Shown here: positions 11,388 to 23,679 of the stretch, piece by piece
Position numbering within the stretch: position 1 is the first letter of the stretch
Layout of the letters: the number at the start of each line of letters is the position of its first letter
From: an uncultured Bacillota bacterium
GTDB lineage: Bacteria; Bacillota; DTU025; MWDF01
Direction: 5' to 3'
Assembly (NCBI GenBank): GCA_963823655.1
Contig: CAWGMK010000004.1
Span: forward strand, 1 to 64,000
Length of the DNA stretch: 64,000 nt
Notes under the pieces: model-generated
Seen by the model: the letters and a program-made list of their open reading frames with translations, nothing else
Told to the model about the DNA's origin: nothing
Databases searched by the model: none
Translations under genes and position numbers: made by a program

Positions 11388-12329
11388 CTATTGATAGTTT
11401 ACCCTGCTGCCCAGAGCTTTCCTCTGTATGAGGGTCAGCAGGAAGATTACGAAGAAAAGGAAATACCCTATCGCCGAGGCGTACCCGAAACGGAACTCGC
11501 CCCAGCCCGCGTCATAGAGGTATTTTACGACGACGAGCGTGGTCTTCAAAGGCCCGCCGCCGCCGCCAGGCCATAGTACATATGCCTGGGTGAATACCTG
11601 GAATGAGCCGATTATCGATATTATCGTAAGGAAATATGTAGTGGGAGACAGAAGGGGCCAAGTAATGTTGGTAAAAAGCTTCCAGCCCCGGGCGCCGTCG
11701 ATAGCGGCGGCATCGTAGTATTCCTGCGGAATGTTTTGCAAGCCTGCAAGGAAGATGATTACATTGTATCCCAGATGCCTCCAGACGCTCATCAGCACAA
11801 GGGCGAACATGGACCATTTGGGATCCATCAGCCATCTTTGGCTGGAGCCTCCGAAAAGGTTGATTATGGAGTTTAGCATTCCGGCCGAATCTTCCTTGTA
11901 GATCCACATCCAGACGATGGAGATGGCAACCACGGGCGTGACGTAAGGCAGGAAGTACGCTGTCCTGAAGAAGCCGGAGCCCTTAATCTTCTGGTTGAGA
12001 AGGTAGGCGACGGCCAGCGCCAGGGCAAGCCCTGTAGGCACTGTACCCAGGACGTATATGATAGTATTCGTTACGGCTTTCCTAAAATCGGGATCCTGGA
12101 ATAGCTCCAGGTAATTGCCCATGCCTACGAACTCCCAACGCCCTAACAGGTTGGTGTTGAAAAGGCTTATATAGGCGGCATAGAACGCGGGGAAGAAGTG
12201 GAAGACTATCAATACCGCCGTCGCCGGCAGAATGTACATATAGGCACCCAGGTCCTCCAGTATGCCGTTCCTCTTTTGTCCTGCGATCTTGCTGCCGATC
12301 ACATCGGCCGGACGGCTTTTGCCTGCCAT
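11388..12329 (-). CDS. Carbohydrate-type ABC transporter permease
   Basis: LAGLQNIPQEYYDAAAIDGA, TM helices. Confidence 0.9.
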   Translation of the reverse strand: MAGKSRPADVIGSKIAGQKRNGILEDLGAYMYILPATAVLIVFHFFPAFYAAYISLFNTNLLGRWEFVGMGNYLELFQDPDFRKAVTNTIIYVLGTVPTGLALALAVAYLLNQKIKGSGFFRTAYFLPYVTPVVAISIVWMWIYKEDSAGMLNSIINLFGGSSQRWLMDPKWSMFALVLMSVWRHLGYNVIIFLAGLQNIPQEYYDAAAIDGARGWKLFTNITWPLLSPTTYFLTIISIIGSFQVFTQAYVLWPGGGGGPLKTTLVVVKYLYDAGWGEFRFGYASAIGYFLFFVIFLLTLIQRKALGSRVNYQ

Positions 12330-12333
12330 TAAC

Positions 12334-14395
12334 CTACCACCTGCCCTCAAAAAGCCATTTTAGGATCGCCTTTGCCAGGCCGGAATTGTCAAAGCCTGAT
12401 TTACCCAGCTCATAGTCCGAAATCGGAACCGATCCCAAGAGCATGACCCTGCCCTTGCCTATCTGCCTGCCCGCGGCAATCACCGGGTCCTTGAGTGAAG
12501 GCTTCTCAGCAGCTTCGGCTGAGTAGCCTTCGGTCTTCGAGACGAAGGCCAGCGATGATTCGACCCCATCTCCTACAGATTATCGACCCGGCTTCCGTGA
12601 AGCTGGCCTTGTACTTGCCCGAAGGCAAAACTATGTGCGCGAACAAGGCAGCAGCGCCATCTGAAGTAATCATGTCCTGCCCGAAGCTCAGTCCGCTTTC
12701 CATGAGGCCAAGCAGCGCATTGAAGTCCTTCATGTCGCGTGTGCCGTCCCCGTTGTCGCCCCAGCCCAGAAGCAACAGGCTTCCTCCGCTTTGGACCCAA
12801 TCGGCGATGGCCTTCAGCTCGCCCTCTTCATAATACGTCGGTTTGAGCGCGAATCCCTGCTCCGGAAGAGGGATAATAAGTACTTCAAGGCCTTCGAGCG
12901 ACTTTACCGATATGATATCATCTAGGACTTTCCCCTCATATCCCAGGCCCTTGCCTAAAGCCACGAGCCCTCCGTAATACGAGGTAAGCCTGTTGTTGTG
13001 ACCTTCATCCACCGCGAAACTCATTGGGGCCTGCTCAAGCACTTCGTACTCGCCGGCCATGAAGGACTGTTCTCCCTTGGATGAACCAAGCACCAGTTTA
13101 ACTGCTGCTTTACCGCCTTTGTCCGGAACCCATGGCACCAACAGATGAGACCACCTGCCGGACTGGATGTCGATGGTTCCTGATGCTTCTTCGACGAAAC
13201 CGTCTCCATAGTCTGCCAGGAGCCGGAAGGGTGCCTTCACATCTGCCAGGCCGTTCCTGTCAGCGACTCTTGCATAGAAAGTCGCCTGGTTGCCCTTGCT
13301 TATGAAGACGTCCTCCATCCTGAAGTCGGATGCCACAACGCCGGATCCCGTCTCCACCCATATAGGAGTCGTGATAATCGTATCTCCGTCGGCTTGCACC
13401 AGCTTCGCATAATAATAGTTGTAGTCCAGATCGGGCTCAACGTTGAAGCTGCATGTGCCGCCTGTAAACTGCCCTATGCTTGCGGCCACTTTGCCGCCGT
13501 TTGTAATGAGCTTAATGCTGGAGAAAACCTCTCCGTTAGGATCTTGAGCATATATGTCGAAGTCGAACTTGAGGCCCAGGCCGCTGCCCATGAAGATGAT
13601 GGTGTCGCCCATTATGCTAGCGCCGCTGCTGATCATCACCCTGGCGTTTCGATCCTCGGTCGAATACGTGCGCATGTTGCGCATCGCATCCATTACGGAC
13701 TGCCTTGTCAGCTCCTTGGCGATCAAGCCCGTCCTGACATTGGCAGCCTTGCCCCAGTCGTCCCTGTGGTTGTCCTGATTGTTGACAGCCCCTATCTTCC
13801 AACCCCTGTCGAGCGCCTTAATGTATGAGGGCTCATTCCTTGTGTTGCGGTAATACGCGCCGCTGCCCACTTCCAACATAGTGACTACATCGTCAGCGTA
13901 GCTCCAGTATGAAAAGTCGTTCCAGTTGGGCTGTATTTCCGGATTGGGGTGGTTGAATGTGGCGAAGCCGCCGAATTCGTGAAGGTAATTGATAAATGAC
14001 GTAAGGTCCCTCTGCGTATCCCTGGATGCGGCCTTGGGCGTGCCGTAGCCGTTCATGTGGCCCTCTGAATGGGTCCACTCATAGCCAACGAGGGAGACGA
14101 ATTCGCCCTCCTTGTAAAACAGGTCAGCCTCTTCGATCGATTTGTACCAGAGGTGGATGTTAGTTATCTCCTGGAAGTAATAGCCGTGTTCGGTCAGTGA
14201 GAAGAAGTCCATGTCCCCTTGCGTTGAAACCTGCGAATAAGCATCGCTCGGGGTCCCCATGCCGTCGGAATATGAAGTATGCGCATGCAAGTTGCCGAAA
14301 TAGAAGTTGAAGCCCGGCTCTGCGGCGTTTACCGCCGGGATCATGCAAAGGGCGATTATCAAGGCGAATACGCCAGCTAGCGTTTTTTTGCGCAT
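12334..14395 (-). CDS. Secreted PHP-family (CehA/McbA-like) metallohydrolase with extra C-terminal domains; frameshift near 12550
   Basis: Signal peptide, GNLHAHTSYSDG, SLTEH, GYEWT…GHMN, FNHP, NQDNH; shifted frame ends …GKGRVMLLGS…LKWLFEGRW*. Confidence 0.75.
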
Positions 14396-14421
14396 TGGTA
14401 TCCCTCCGACATTTCGATTCG

Positions 14422-14470
14422 AAAACCAGCCCAGGGGCTTGGCCGCAGCCTTGTCCCTGGGCTGGCGTTT
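14422..14470 (-). terminator. Intergenic stem-loop after solute-binding protein gene
   Basis: CCAGCCCAGGG…CCCTGGGCTGG inverted repeat. Confidence 0.6.
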
Positions 14471-14494
14471 GCTATCGTTTGCTAATGGTTCTAA

Positions 14495-15766
14495 CTAGAA
14501 GCCAAGCTTCTTATTGCCGACTGTTACGGCTTCTGCCAGTGCTTCCGCCACTGTGGCTTTGCCAAGAATGGCCTTCTGTACCGCAGTGCTGATGTCCCCA
14601 CGTATGCCGTTCCATGCTGATAGGTTGGGATCATACTTGATGTAGTTGAGCTGCTTGAGGCTCTGCTCAGCCTTAGGGTTCTTCGCGAAGTACTCCTTCA
14701 TTATGTTCAGATAGAGCGCCGACTTCCTTACGGGTATATAGGACGTGCCTATTGCCCACTTGGCTGTCTGCATCGGCTCTACCATCCACTTAACGAACGT
14801 CCAGGCAGCGTCCTGCTCGGCCTTTGTGGACTTGGAGTAGATTGCAAGGTCAGTACCGGCGACCGGCGTGCCCTTGTACTTGGCCTCAGATGCCGGTAGC
14901 GGGGCTACTCCCCACTCGAACTTGCCGGCAACCGCGCTCTCGGTGTAGCTTAGACCGGGTGAGCTGGTGAAATACATGGCAGTCTTGCCTGCGCCGAAAT
15001 CGGCGTCCCAATATCCGCTCATGTATGCACCGACCTTATGCTTGTTGATCAGATCAACCATGAACTGGAGGGCTTTTTGGCCGGTGGTTCCGCCTATGGC
15101 AAGCTTGCCGTCCTTATCGAGCCATTCGCCGCCGGAAGTGAAGTAGAAGCAGGCGTATATGTCGATGTTGTCCCTGAGGCCGACGCCCGAGCGGACGAAC
15201 TCGCCCTTATCGTTCTTCTTGGTCAGCTTGCTGGCTGCGGTTAAAAGCTCCTGCCATGTGGCCGGAGGATTTGCTATTCCAACTTCGGCCAGGGCGGCCT
15301 TGTTGTAAACGAGTACATAAACGCTCTTGTTGAAGGGCATCGTATACCATTTGCCGTTAATTACGGATGCTTTCCTCAGGCCTTCGTAGATGTCATCTAT
15401 TTCCAGCTTGGTCATTCCGTTGGGCCCATAGACGAAGTTCTCGATCGGCACAAGGGCGTTGCTGGTTATGAACTCTGCTGCCCAGTTGCCATATACCTGG
15501 GAAACGGTCGGGGGCTTCTGGGCGACAAGGGCGCCTGTCAGCTTCTGCTGGAGCGCGCTGTAGTTGCCCTGATACTCCGCCTTAACCACTATGTCGGGAT
15601 GTGTCGCGTTGAAGTCGCTTACTAATCCATCAAGGGTCTTGCCGAGCTGTGCGCCCATGGCATGCCAGAAGGTCACTGTTACCTTCTCAGCCGCGAAGCT
15701 TGCGCTTACGAAGGTCATTGCCAGTACGATCGAAAGTACGACTAATACAAATGTTCTTTTCCTCAT
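14495..15766 (-). CDS. ABC transporter solute-binding protein (family 1, UgpB-like)
   Basis: Signal peptide ASFA-A, VTFWHAM, MPFNKS…YNK, AAWTFVKW. Confidence 0.88.
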   Translation of the reverse strand: MRKRTFVLVVLSIVLAMTFVSASFAAEKVTVTFWHAMGAQLGKTLDGLVSDFNATHPDIVVKAEYQGNYSALQQKLTGALVAQKPPTVSQVYGNWAAEFITSNALVPIENFVYGPNGMTKLEIDDIYEGLRKASVINGKWYTMPFNKSVYVLVYNKAALAEVGIANPPATWQELLTAASKLTKKNDKGEFVRSGVGLRDNIDIYACFYFTSGGEWLDKDGKLAIGGTTGQKALQFMVDLINKHKVGAYMSGYWDADFGAGKTAMYFTSSPGLSYTESAVAGKFEWGVAPLPASEAKYKGTPVAGTDLAIYSKSTKAEQDAAWTFVKWMVEPMQTAKWAIGTSYIPVRKSALYLNIMKEYFAKNPKAEQSLKQLNYIKYDPNLSAWNGIRGDISTAVQKAILGKATVAEALAEAVTVGNKKLGF

Positions 15767-15829
15767 TCGTTCCCCGACGAGCAGGACTCGCCGGGTGCCC
15801 TCCCTTCATATTCGGTTTAAACTCGCTTA

Positions 15830-18243
15830 CTATTTTACATCATGGGCGGGGCTAATTCTACTGTCATAAGCGGCCGCAACCGTTCTGAAAAAGGGCATTT
15901 GACTCCACGTTTGCGAAATCGCCGATATTTCGATTGCCGAATTTCCTATTTTTGCCTCGATCATGCCATCCTTATCCGTCCTCATAACCGTTGTCGATGA
16001 GGCTTCCAGCCTACCCATCGTCGCCGGGTTAGGATGCCCATAATTGTTCCTTCCCACCGAGACTGCCGAAGACACAGGGGCGGCCTTTACAAGGAAGGCA
16101 GATGTGGCCGATGTAGCCGCGCCGTGATGGCCGACTTTGAGGAAATCAATCCTTCCCTCATCGTACCCTGCCTCGAATCCTGCGCCGGCATCGGCTGCCA
16201 GTATTGCCTTTTGCTGCCCATATTCGATAATCGCGACTAAAGACTCTTCGTTCAGGTCCTCGCCGGGTCCGATTCTGTCCTTGGGGTTCACGAATGCCAC
16301 AACCACCCGGCCGGCGCATATTCTGTCGCCTGCCATTACCTCGATTGGCTCAAGCATTGCCTCCCTAACAAGCATATTTGCCGCAACATCCCCTGCTGGG
16401 ATAAGCACCTTTCCGATCTTTATGGCAGATGCCAGGGCTGAAAGCCCCGATGAGTGGTCCATATGCCCGTGCGTGATGACTAGAACATCTATCCTGCTTA
16501 TGCCAAGATGGCGAAGAACGGGCAGTATCCTTTGATCCATCGCGCTGATGCCTTTGTAGGCCGGGCCCGTGTCGAATAGCATGCAAAGATCCTTCCCGGC
16601 GGTTACAAGTATCGAATCCCCCTGTCCCACCGAAAGCACCTTTATGTCGAGCTTTGGGCTTGCTGTAAGCGAAGCCAGCAACAAGGCTGACAGGGTGATA
16701 GGAAGGATGGGCCCTGTCCTCAAAGCAAGCCCCTTAAAGAGCATCCTTGCCGAGATAATGCCCTTGAATGAAAGAAATGCGAAAACTATGACCATATAAT
16801 ACAGAATGCTGAAAAAGCCCTGCTTTATGCCTGTAGGCAACATGAACATGTAAAGCCCAGATAACAACCTCGCAAGAAACAATATGATTTGCAGGAAGGG
16901 CCTCACCGTGATTGCTGCAAACGATCCTAGCGCAGGCCAGAGAAGGCTCAGGGCAAATGATGCCAGCGCAAGCGTCAAGGCGGCAGAAGCCGCGGGTATA
17001 GCGATGATGTTCGCCAATGGGGAAAGGACGCTCATGCTGCCGTAGAAGCCCATGATAACAGGCAGCATGGCGGCATTTATGAAAAGCGAGATGCCTATCG
17101 CGTTCTTGATGAAGTCCAGGACTTTTTCCGCCTTGTTGCTTCTTATCAGGCCCCTTTCGAACCGCGCTTGTGAATGCTGTAAGCCCGATTATCGCAAGAT
17201 ATGACATCTGGAATCCGGAATCGAACAGGCTCATTGGAGATAAGACAAGCTGAAAGAATGCCGCCAGCAGGAGCAAACTAAAGAGGCTGGGCGGATTTTA
17301 TCCGCAGTGCCTTGCAAAGGGCGGATATGCTGCCCATCAAGGCGGCCCTTATTATCGAAGGCCTGGAACCGGCCGCAATGGAGTAGACCGGCAGAAGAGA
17401 AACAACTGTACAAGCCCTCAACCAACTCGCGATGCCCAGCCTTGATAGCAGCCATACTATGGCGCCTACCACAATGGATACATGCAGCCCTGAAGCGGAC
17501 ATGATATGGGAAAGTCCCCCCGCTTTGAAGGCGGAATTAACCTCAGGATCAAGTTCCGATTTGTCGCTTAAGGCAATGGCGTCCATTAGCGATTTCTCAT
17601 CACCTGCACCGAAAGCCCTTTCCGTGAACCTCTTAAATCGGGAGAGGAATGCCCAGGCAACCTCAGTGTACAACCCCGCCCATCCTGCCTCGCTTGATGT
17701 GACTTCAAGCTCGTTGGCATAGGCATGCACGCCCCTTCCGAACCAATAGGACCTCCCATCGAACGCTCCGGGATTCACGGGCCCATCAATAAGGGAAACC
17801 TCAGCAGTCGCTATGATCGCGTCTCCGGGATCTGCCTCCAGGCCGCTTCCGGGAGCAAAGGAATCGCCGTCGATGAGCAACCTCCCATTAAGCTTGCCAC
17901 GGCCTTTTACATTAAGGGAACCTAGCAGGTATTGCCTTCCGAAGGCCGTTTCGAAAATCCAATGGATTCGCCCGCTGACGGCCACCTTCTCCCCGGCCAA
18001 AGTGGCTATTGAATCTTTCGCCGAAACGTCCACCCTGATGACCGCAAGAAGCCCAGAAGTCAGACCAATTAATACAAGCATGCACAGACCCACTATGCGG
18101 CTGAAGTCATGCCTCTTTCTGGCTTTCCTGATTATTACCGGCGCAGATACTACTGCCGCGGCCAATACGGAAACGGCGAGGCCAAAGCCCAGCTTGCTGT
18201 ATGTAACAATAATGATTATCAATGAGACGACCAGGGCCACCAT
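15830..18243 (-). CDS. comEC: DNA uptake channel ComEC (frameshifted)
   Basis: GLSHIMSASGLHV, PSIIRA, GFQMSY, VGQGDS, THGHMDH, KVGHHG, NNYGHP. Confidence 0.9.
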
Positions 18244-19122
18244 CAGCGGACTACCACCATATCCTTCATGGCGGCGAATTTCGCAGGCCCTATTCCGGAT
18301 ACGTCCATCAGCCCCTCAATGGAGGTGAAAGGACCGTTGGACTCCCTGTACTCGATTATTTTGATCGCGGTTGATGGGCCTATTCCCGGCAGCTGCTCGA
18401 GCTCTGCCTGCCCTGCGGCATTTATATCGACTTTCAGGATTGCATCTTCTGCGGTAGGATCCACGCCTGGCTGTTCAGGCTTGTCAGCTGTAACATCCAA
18501 CCTTCCTTGAGGTTCAGGAGCCGCTGCTGTTTGTGTTACGCTTGCGGTTTCCTCAGTTTTCGTTGCCTGCTTCGGCTCTGCTGCCACAGCTGTCGAGCTC
18601 TTTGAAGCTGTGATAGTCGGAGCTTGCGGCTTCAGCGCCGGAATGAACACCTGCTGACCGTCACTAATGGGCAGCGCTATGTTCACCGAATCCCTGTCGG
18701 CTTTCGATGTCATGCCTCCCGCCGCTTCAACTGCCTGGTGAACGCGCGAGCCCTCGGGCAGCCCGTAGAGCCCCGGTTTTGCCACCTGGCCGGTCACATG
18801 GACATATATCAGCCCCTGCAGTGCGGCGTTCTCTCCTAGGCCTTCCGAGCTTGTTCCAGTTGCAGTTGGATTGTCGTCCTTGATATCGGACGGGCTTACG
18901 TTCGCTGCCGTAATGGTGGCCGATTTCTGAGCCTTCGCTCGCGTTTTGCCAGGCAGGCGCGTCGCTTTCCTCCGCCTGAACCACTTCAGCTCCTCCTGCT
19001 GCTTCAATGATTACCGCGGGAGGACGGCGGAAGCGGAACATGAGAAGAGAGGCCGCAAGAATGCACGAAACTGCGAAGTAGACAACTCCGGCATGCCTTC
19101 CTAAGCGGATTCTCCTCAACAT
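18243..19122 (-). CDS. comEA: Competence protein ComEA (frameshifted)
   Basis: N-terminal TM, SLBB domain VHVTGQVAKPGLY, HhH INAA…LPGIGPSTA…VSGIGPAK. Confidence 0.9.
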
Positions 19123-19219
19123 GTCACACCTCCGGCGTCCTTGCCCGGACCGTATCCCAAGGATATGACAAAGGGGCGCAGTTAGCGCCCCTCAATGAAC
19201 CTAGCCTATGTATGATTTG

Positions 19220-21646
19220 CTACCCTACAACGATATTTACCATCTTGCCGGGCACTACAACGGTCTTTCGTATCGTCTTGCCCTCTACCGCAGCTGCCAC
19301 CTTCTCGCTGGCCATTGCCGCCTTGAGCATTGCGTCTTCGTCCGCTCCGGCCGGAACCTTCACAACATCCTTCAGCTTTCCGTTCACCTGCACCGGGAAT
19401 TCGATCTCTTCCTCCTTGGCCTTCTCCGGGTCGAACACAGGCCAGGGCTCCCTTGCAAGCCCCTTCTTGTGACCCATGGCTTCGAAGAGCTCCTCGCAGA
19501 TATGCGGTGCGAAAGGCGAAAGGAGCTTGATGAACGTCTCCCAGTGGGAGGGCTCTATGCACTCCTGCTTTCCGAACCAGTTGCCCAGGCTCATCAGCTG
19601 CGCCAGCGCCGTATTGTACTTCATCTCCTCGAGATCTTCGCCTACCTTCTTAATAGACGCATGCACCAGCCTCTCGGCAGCTGTGAATGACTCGGATCCT
19701 TTGCATGAGCGCACCTTGCCTTGAAGCTCCCACACACGGTAGAGGAACCTTTGCATGCCGACAAGGCCATTCGTGGACCACGGTATCGGCTGGTCGAATG
19801 CCCCCATGAACAGCTCAATGAGCCTGAAGGCATCAGCTCCGAATTTGTCGACCATCTCATCAGGGTTTACTACATTGCCCCTGGATTTGGACATCTTCTC
19901 ATTGTCCTCACCCAAAACCAGCCCGTGAGAAGTCCTCTTGGTGTACGGCTCCGAGGTGGAGACCACGCCGATGTCGTAAAGGAACTTGTGCCAGAACCTT
20001 GAGTACAGAAGGTGCAAGGTAGTGTGCTCCATCCCACCGTTGTACCAGTCGACCGGCATCCAGTAATCCAGGGCCTTCCTTGAGGCCAGTGCCATGGGGT
20101 TCTTCGGGTCCGTATACCTCAGGAAATACCACGAAGAGCCGGCCCAGTTGGGCATGGTGTCCGTCTCCCTTGTTGCGGGTCCGCCGCAGCTGGGGCACGT
20201 CGTATTCACCCAGTCTTTTATCTGCGACAATGGCGATTCGCCGGTATCGGTAGTCTGGTACCGCTCCACTTTGGGAAGCACAAGCGGAAGCTCGTCCTCG
20301 TGCACAGGTACCCAGCCGCAGTGCTCGCACTCGACCATGGGTATCGGCTCGCCCCAATATCTCTGGCGGGAGAACACCCAGTCCCTCAGCTTGTAGTTGA
20401 TCTTCTCCCTGCCTATGCCCATGCTGCCAAGGCGGCTTATCATCGCGGCAACTGCCTCATCCACCGACATGCCGTTCAGGAAACCTGAATTGACCAGCAC
20501 ACCCGTATCTGTATCGGTATAGGGCTCCTCCTGTACGTTTCCGCCTGCTATAACTTCGATGATGGGAAGCCCATAATGTTTCGCGAAGCGCCAGTCCCTT
20601 TCATCATGCCCCGGGACTGCCATGATCGCCCCTGTTCCGTAGGAAGCCAGCACGTAATCCGCCGTCCATACAGGTATCTTCTCCCCGTTGGCAGGGTTGA
20701 TGCACTTAACGCCCTTTATTTCGCAGCCGGAGACCTCCTTTGCGACCTCAGTCCTTTCGAAGTCCGATTTCTTGGAGGCCATCTCGCAGTATGCGCGCAC
20801 TTGCTCCGGGTTTTCGCACATGGCGAGGAATTCCGGCAGGAGCGGGTGCTCAGGGGACACTACCATGTAAGTCGCCCCGAACATCGTGTCCGGCCTGGTC
20901 GTGAATATCTTGAGGCTCATGTCGCCTTTCGGGCTGTCCACCGCAAAATCGGCCTCTGCCCCCGTCGATTTGCCTATCCAGTTCACCTGCTGCATCTTTA
21001 TCTTGTTCCAGAAATCGACGGTGTCCAGATCCTGCAGGAGGCGCTCGGCGTAATCGGTAATCTTGAGCATCCACTGCTTCTTCACCTTGCGAACAACAGA
21101 GCCGCCGCACCTTTCGCAGACTCCGGCTACGACTTCCTCATTGGCCAGGCCTATCTTGCAGCTCGTGCACCAGTTGATGGGGATTTCGGCCTTGTATGCC
21201 AGCCCGTTTTCCCAAAGCTTGAGGAATATCCACTGCGTCCATTTGTAATACTCGGGGTCGGTTGTATCGACTTCCCTGCTCCAGTCGAAGCTGAAGCCCA
21301 GTTTCTTAAGCTGGGTGCGGTACCTGGCGATGTTCCTCTTAGTTACCACCGTCGGATGTTCGCCGGTTTTTATGGCATGGTTCTCCGTCGGAAGGCCGAA
21401 GGCGTCCCAGCCGATCGGATACAGCACATTATACCCTTGCATGCGGCGCTTCCTTGCGAGAGTGTCCAGGGCAGTATAAGATCTAGGATGCCCGACGTGA
21501 AGCCCTGCTCCCGATGGATAGGGAAACTCTATCAGCACATAGTATTTCGGAAGGGAGTAGTCCTCAAGCGCTGCGAAACAGCCTGTCTTCTCCCACCTGT
21601 CCTGCCACTTGGCCTCAATGGACTTGAAATCATACCTGTCGGTCAA
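19220..21646 (-). CDS. leuS: Leucine--tRNA ligase
   Basis: FPYPSGAGLHVGH (HIGH), FTTRPDT editing motif, KMSKS; TTG start at 21646 with GAGGAGG RBS. Confidence 0.97.
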   Translation of the reverse strand: MTDRYDFKSIEAKWQDRWEKTGCFAALEDYSLPKYYVLIEFPYPSGAGLHVGHPRSYTALDTLARKRRMQGYNVLYPIGWDAFGLPTENHAIKTGEHPTVVTKRNIARYRTQLKKLGFSFDWSREVDTTDPEYYKWTQWIFLKLWENGLAYKAEIPINWCTSCKIGLANEEVVAGVCERCGGSVVRKVKKQWMLKITDYAERLLQDLDTVDFWNKIKMQQVNWIGKSTGAEADFAVDSPKGDMSLKIFTTRPDTMFGATYMVVSPEHPLLPEFLAMCENPEQVRAYCEMASKKSDFERTEVAKEVSGCEIKGVKCINPANGEKIPVWTADYVLASYGTGAIMAVPGHDERDWRFAKHYGLPIIEVIAGGNVQEEPYTDTDTGVLVNSGFLNGMSVDEAVAAMISRLGSMGIGREKINYKLRDWVFSRQRYWGEPIPMVECEHCGWVPVHEDELPLVLPKVERYQTTDTGESPLSQIKDWVNTTCPSCGGPATRETDTMPNWAGSSWYFLRYTDPKNPMALASRKALDYWMPVDWYNGGMEHTTLHLLYSRFWHKFLYDIGVVSTSEPYTKRTSHGLVLGEDNEKMSKSRGNVVNPDEMVDKFGADAFRLIELFMGAFDQPIPWSTNGLVGMQRFLYRVWELQGKVRSCKGSESFTAAERLVHASIKKVGEDLEEMKYNTALAQLMSLGNWFGKQECIEPSHWETFIKLLSPFAPHICEELFEAMGHKKGLAREPWPVFDPEKAKEEEIEFPVQVNGKLKDVVKVPAGADEDAMLKAAMASEKVAAAVEGKTIRKTVVVPGKMVNIVVG

Positions 21647-21667
21647 TTTAAACCCTCCTCGAGTATA

Positions 21668-21976
<309 letters not shown>

Positions 21977-22004
21977 GTTTCATATTTCGATGTCAACAAC
22001 GAGA

Positions 22005-22033
22005 ATTATACTAACGCCCGAGCCCTCCGTCAA
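22005..22033 (-). promoter_or_regulatory. SigA promoter for T-box/tRNA-Ala/leuS transcript
   Basis: TTGACG-N17-TATAAT. Confidence 0.85.
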
Positions 22034-22100
22034 TATAAGTTCGAAGGGAAACCTGTAAGGGGTTTCTGATATCGCTGCAAACAGAGCTCCTTTGAAGCTG

Positions 22101-22457
22101 CTAGCCCTCGAACCTCATCAAAGGCGCGTCTCCCCATGTACGCTCGAGATTGTAGTATTCTCTTTCATTTCTCAGCATCAGGTGTATGACTACATCCCCG
22201 CAATCCAGAAGAACCCAGCCGGATTCGTCCGTGCCCTCTTTCCTGAGCATCGTACCGCCAGCTTCCTCCACCTTATCCGCAATCTTCTCCCTGGCGTTTC
22301 TTAGGTGCGTTGGTGTGTTCAGCGTGCATATTACGAAATAGTCGGTGACTGAGGATTTGCCCAATAGGTCTATCCTTACGATCTCGTTAGCCTTGGCCTC
22401 CATCATCGCCTCAATTGCCTGTTCTGCTACCTGTTCTGCGTTTATTGCCTCCGCCAT
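22101..22457 (-). CDS. rsfS: Ribosome silencing factor RsfS
   Basis: DYFVIC, WVLLDCGDVVIH, REYYNLERTW. Confidence 0.93.
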   Translation of the reverse strand: MAEAINAEQVAEQAIEAMMEAKANEIVRIDLLGKSSVTDYFVICTLNTPTHLRNAREKIADKVEEAGGTMLRKEGTDESGWVLLDCGDVVIHLMLRNEREYYNLERTWGDAPLMRFEG

Positions 22458-22471
22458 ATTCGCCCTCCTTC

Positions 22472-23056
22472 CTAATTTAGACCCTTGGCCCTTGTCGTCA
22501 GCTCATTTAAAATCCAGTTTCTGGCAAGGACCGACTCAGGAGCGATCTCCCTGTTCTTGGCCAATGTCCTTGCAATCTTCCTGTTTAATATCATGAGAAT
22601 GGCGCTGTCCAGGTTGAATTCCAGTTCTCTTCTTATATCGTCCATATTGAAGCTTCGGCCAAGCTCGCAATAATCCGATGCGAACACTATCTTCTCCTCT
22701 ACGCTCATCTCGGGCCTTCCCAGCGTGTGGCTGGCCACGGCCTGCAGCACCCTTGGGTCATCGACTTCGAAGATGACCTGGGCGATCACAGCTCCTACCA
22801 GAGGATGGAGCAGATGCGGGTTTCGAAGCAGTGTCTCCGAGTATACGAGCTCGTTGGCAACAGCCATTGCCAGCAGCTCGTCGTTTGGCATCTCCTTCGC
22901 GCAGTCATGCAGTAAAGCCGCCTTGGATACTACCTCTTCATCGGCATTGTAGGCTTTCGCCAGCTTCAGGCCCATCTCTTCCACATTAAGGCTGTGTTTC
23001 ACCCTGGTGGGGGTAATCATAGCCGATAGCCTGCCGATTAGTTCGGTCCTCTCCAA
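22472..23056 (-). CDS. yqeK: HD-domain Ap4A hydrolase YqeK
   Basis: RVKHS, LLHDCAKE, LLH, HT.G, SDYCE.GR; nadD-yqeK-rsfS synteny. Confidence 0.88.
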   Translation of the reverse strand: MERTELIGRLSAMITPTRVKHSLNVEEMGLKLAKAYNADEEVVSKAALLHDCAKEMPNDELLAMAVANELVYSETLLRNPHLLHPLVGAVIAQVIFEVDDPRVLQAVASHTLGRPEMSVEEKIVFASDYCELGRSFNMDDIRRELEFNLDSAILMILNRKIARTLAKNREIAPESVLARNWILNELTTRAKGLN

Positions 23057-23073
23057 GCGCCCTCACCTCGCGA

Positions 23074-23676
23074 TCACGGAATGTAAAGCCGGTTCTTCAT
23101 AATATAGCTTATCACTTCTCCGGGCAGAAGGTATCTTACGGGCCTGCCCTCTCGCATCCTCTGCCTAATATCCGTGGACGAGATGGCAAGCGCCGGCACC
23201 TCGAAGAAATCCAGCCTGTCCGCGCCGAATGCCTTCACCGATTCTATCAGCTCATTAGATACAACGTATCCGGGCCTCGTTGCGGCAGCGAAACGGCACA
23301 AGGAGAAAAGCTCCTCGGGGTTCTTCCAGGTACATATCTCGATTATTGCATCGGCACCGGTTATGAAGAACAGCTCCGAATCGCTGAATTCCCCTGCCTT
23401 CAGCTTCTTTAGCGTATCGACCGTATATGTCGGTCCGTCCTCATCCACTTCTATCCTGCTCACATCGAAGTGAGGGTTAGTGATGGTGGCCATCTGAGTC
23501 ATTATGAATCTGTGGGAGCCGTCGGACACCTTCTTGTCGGATTTATGCGGGGGCTTTCCCGAAGGGATGAATATCACCTTGTCCAGGTTGAACCTGACAT
23601 AAGCCTCCTCGGCGGTTACAAGATGCCCGTAATGGATCGGATCGAAAGTACCTCCCATAAGGCCTATCCTGCTCAA
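23074..23676 (-). CDS. nadD: Nicotinate-nucleotide adenylyltransferase
   Basis: GGTFDPIHYGH, PPHK, ISSTDIR. Confidence 0.96.
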   Translation of the reverse strand: MSRIGLMGGTFDPIHYGHLVTAEEAYVRFNLDKVIFIPSGKPPHKSDKKVSDGSHRFIMTQMATITNPHFDVSRIEVDEDGPTYTVDTLKKLKAGEFSDSELFFITGADAIIEICTWKNPEELFSLCRFAAATRPGYVVSNELIESVKAFGADRLDFFEVPALAISSTDIRQRMREGRPVRYLLPGEVISYIMKNRLYIP

Positions 23677-23679
23677 TTA

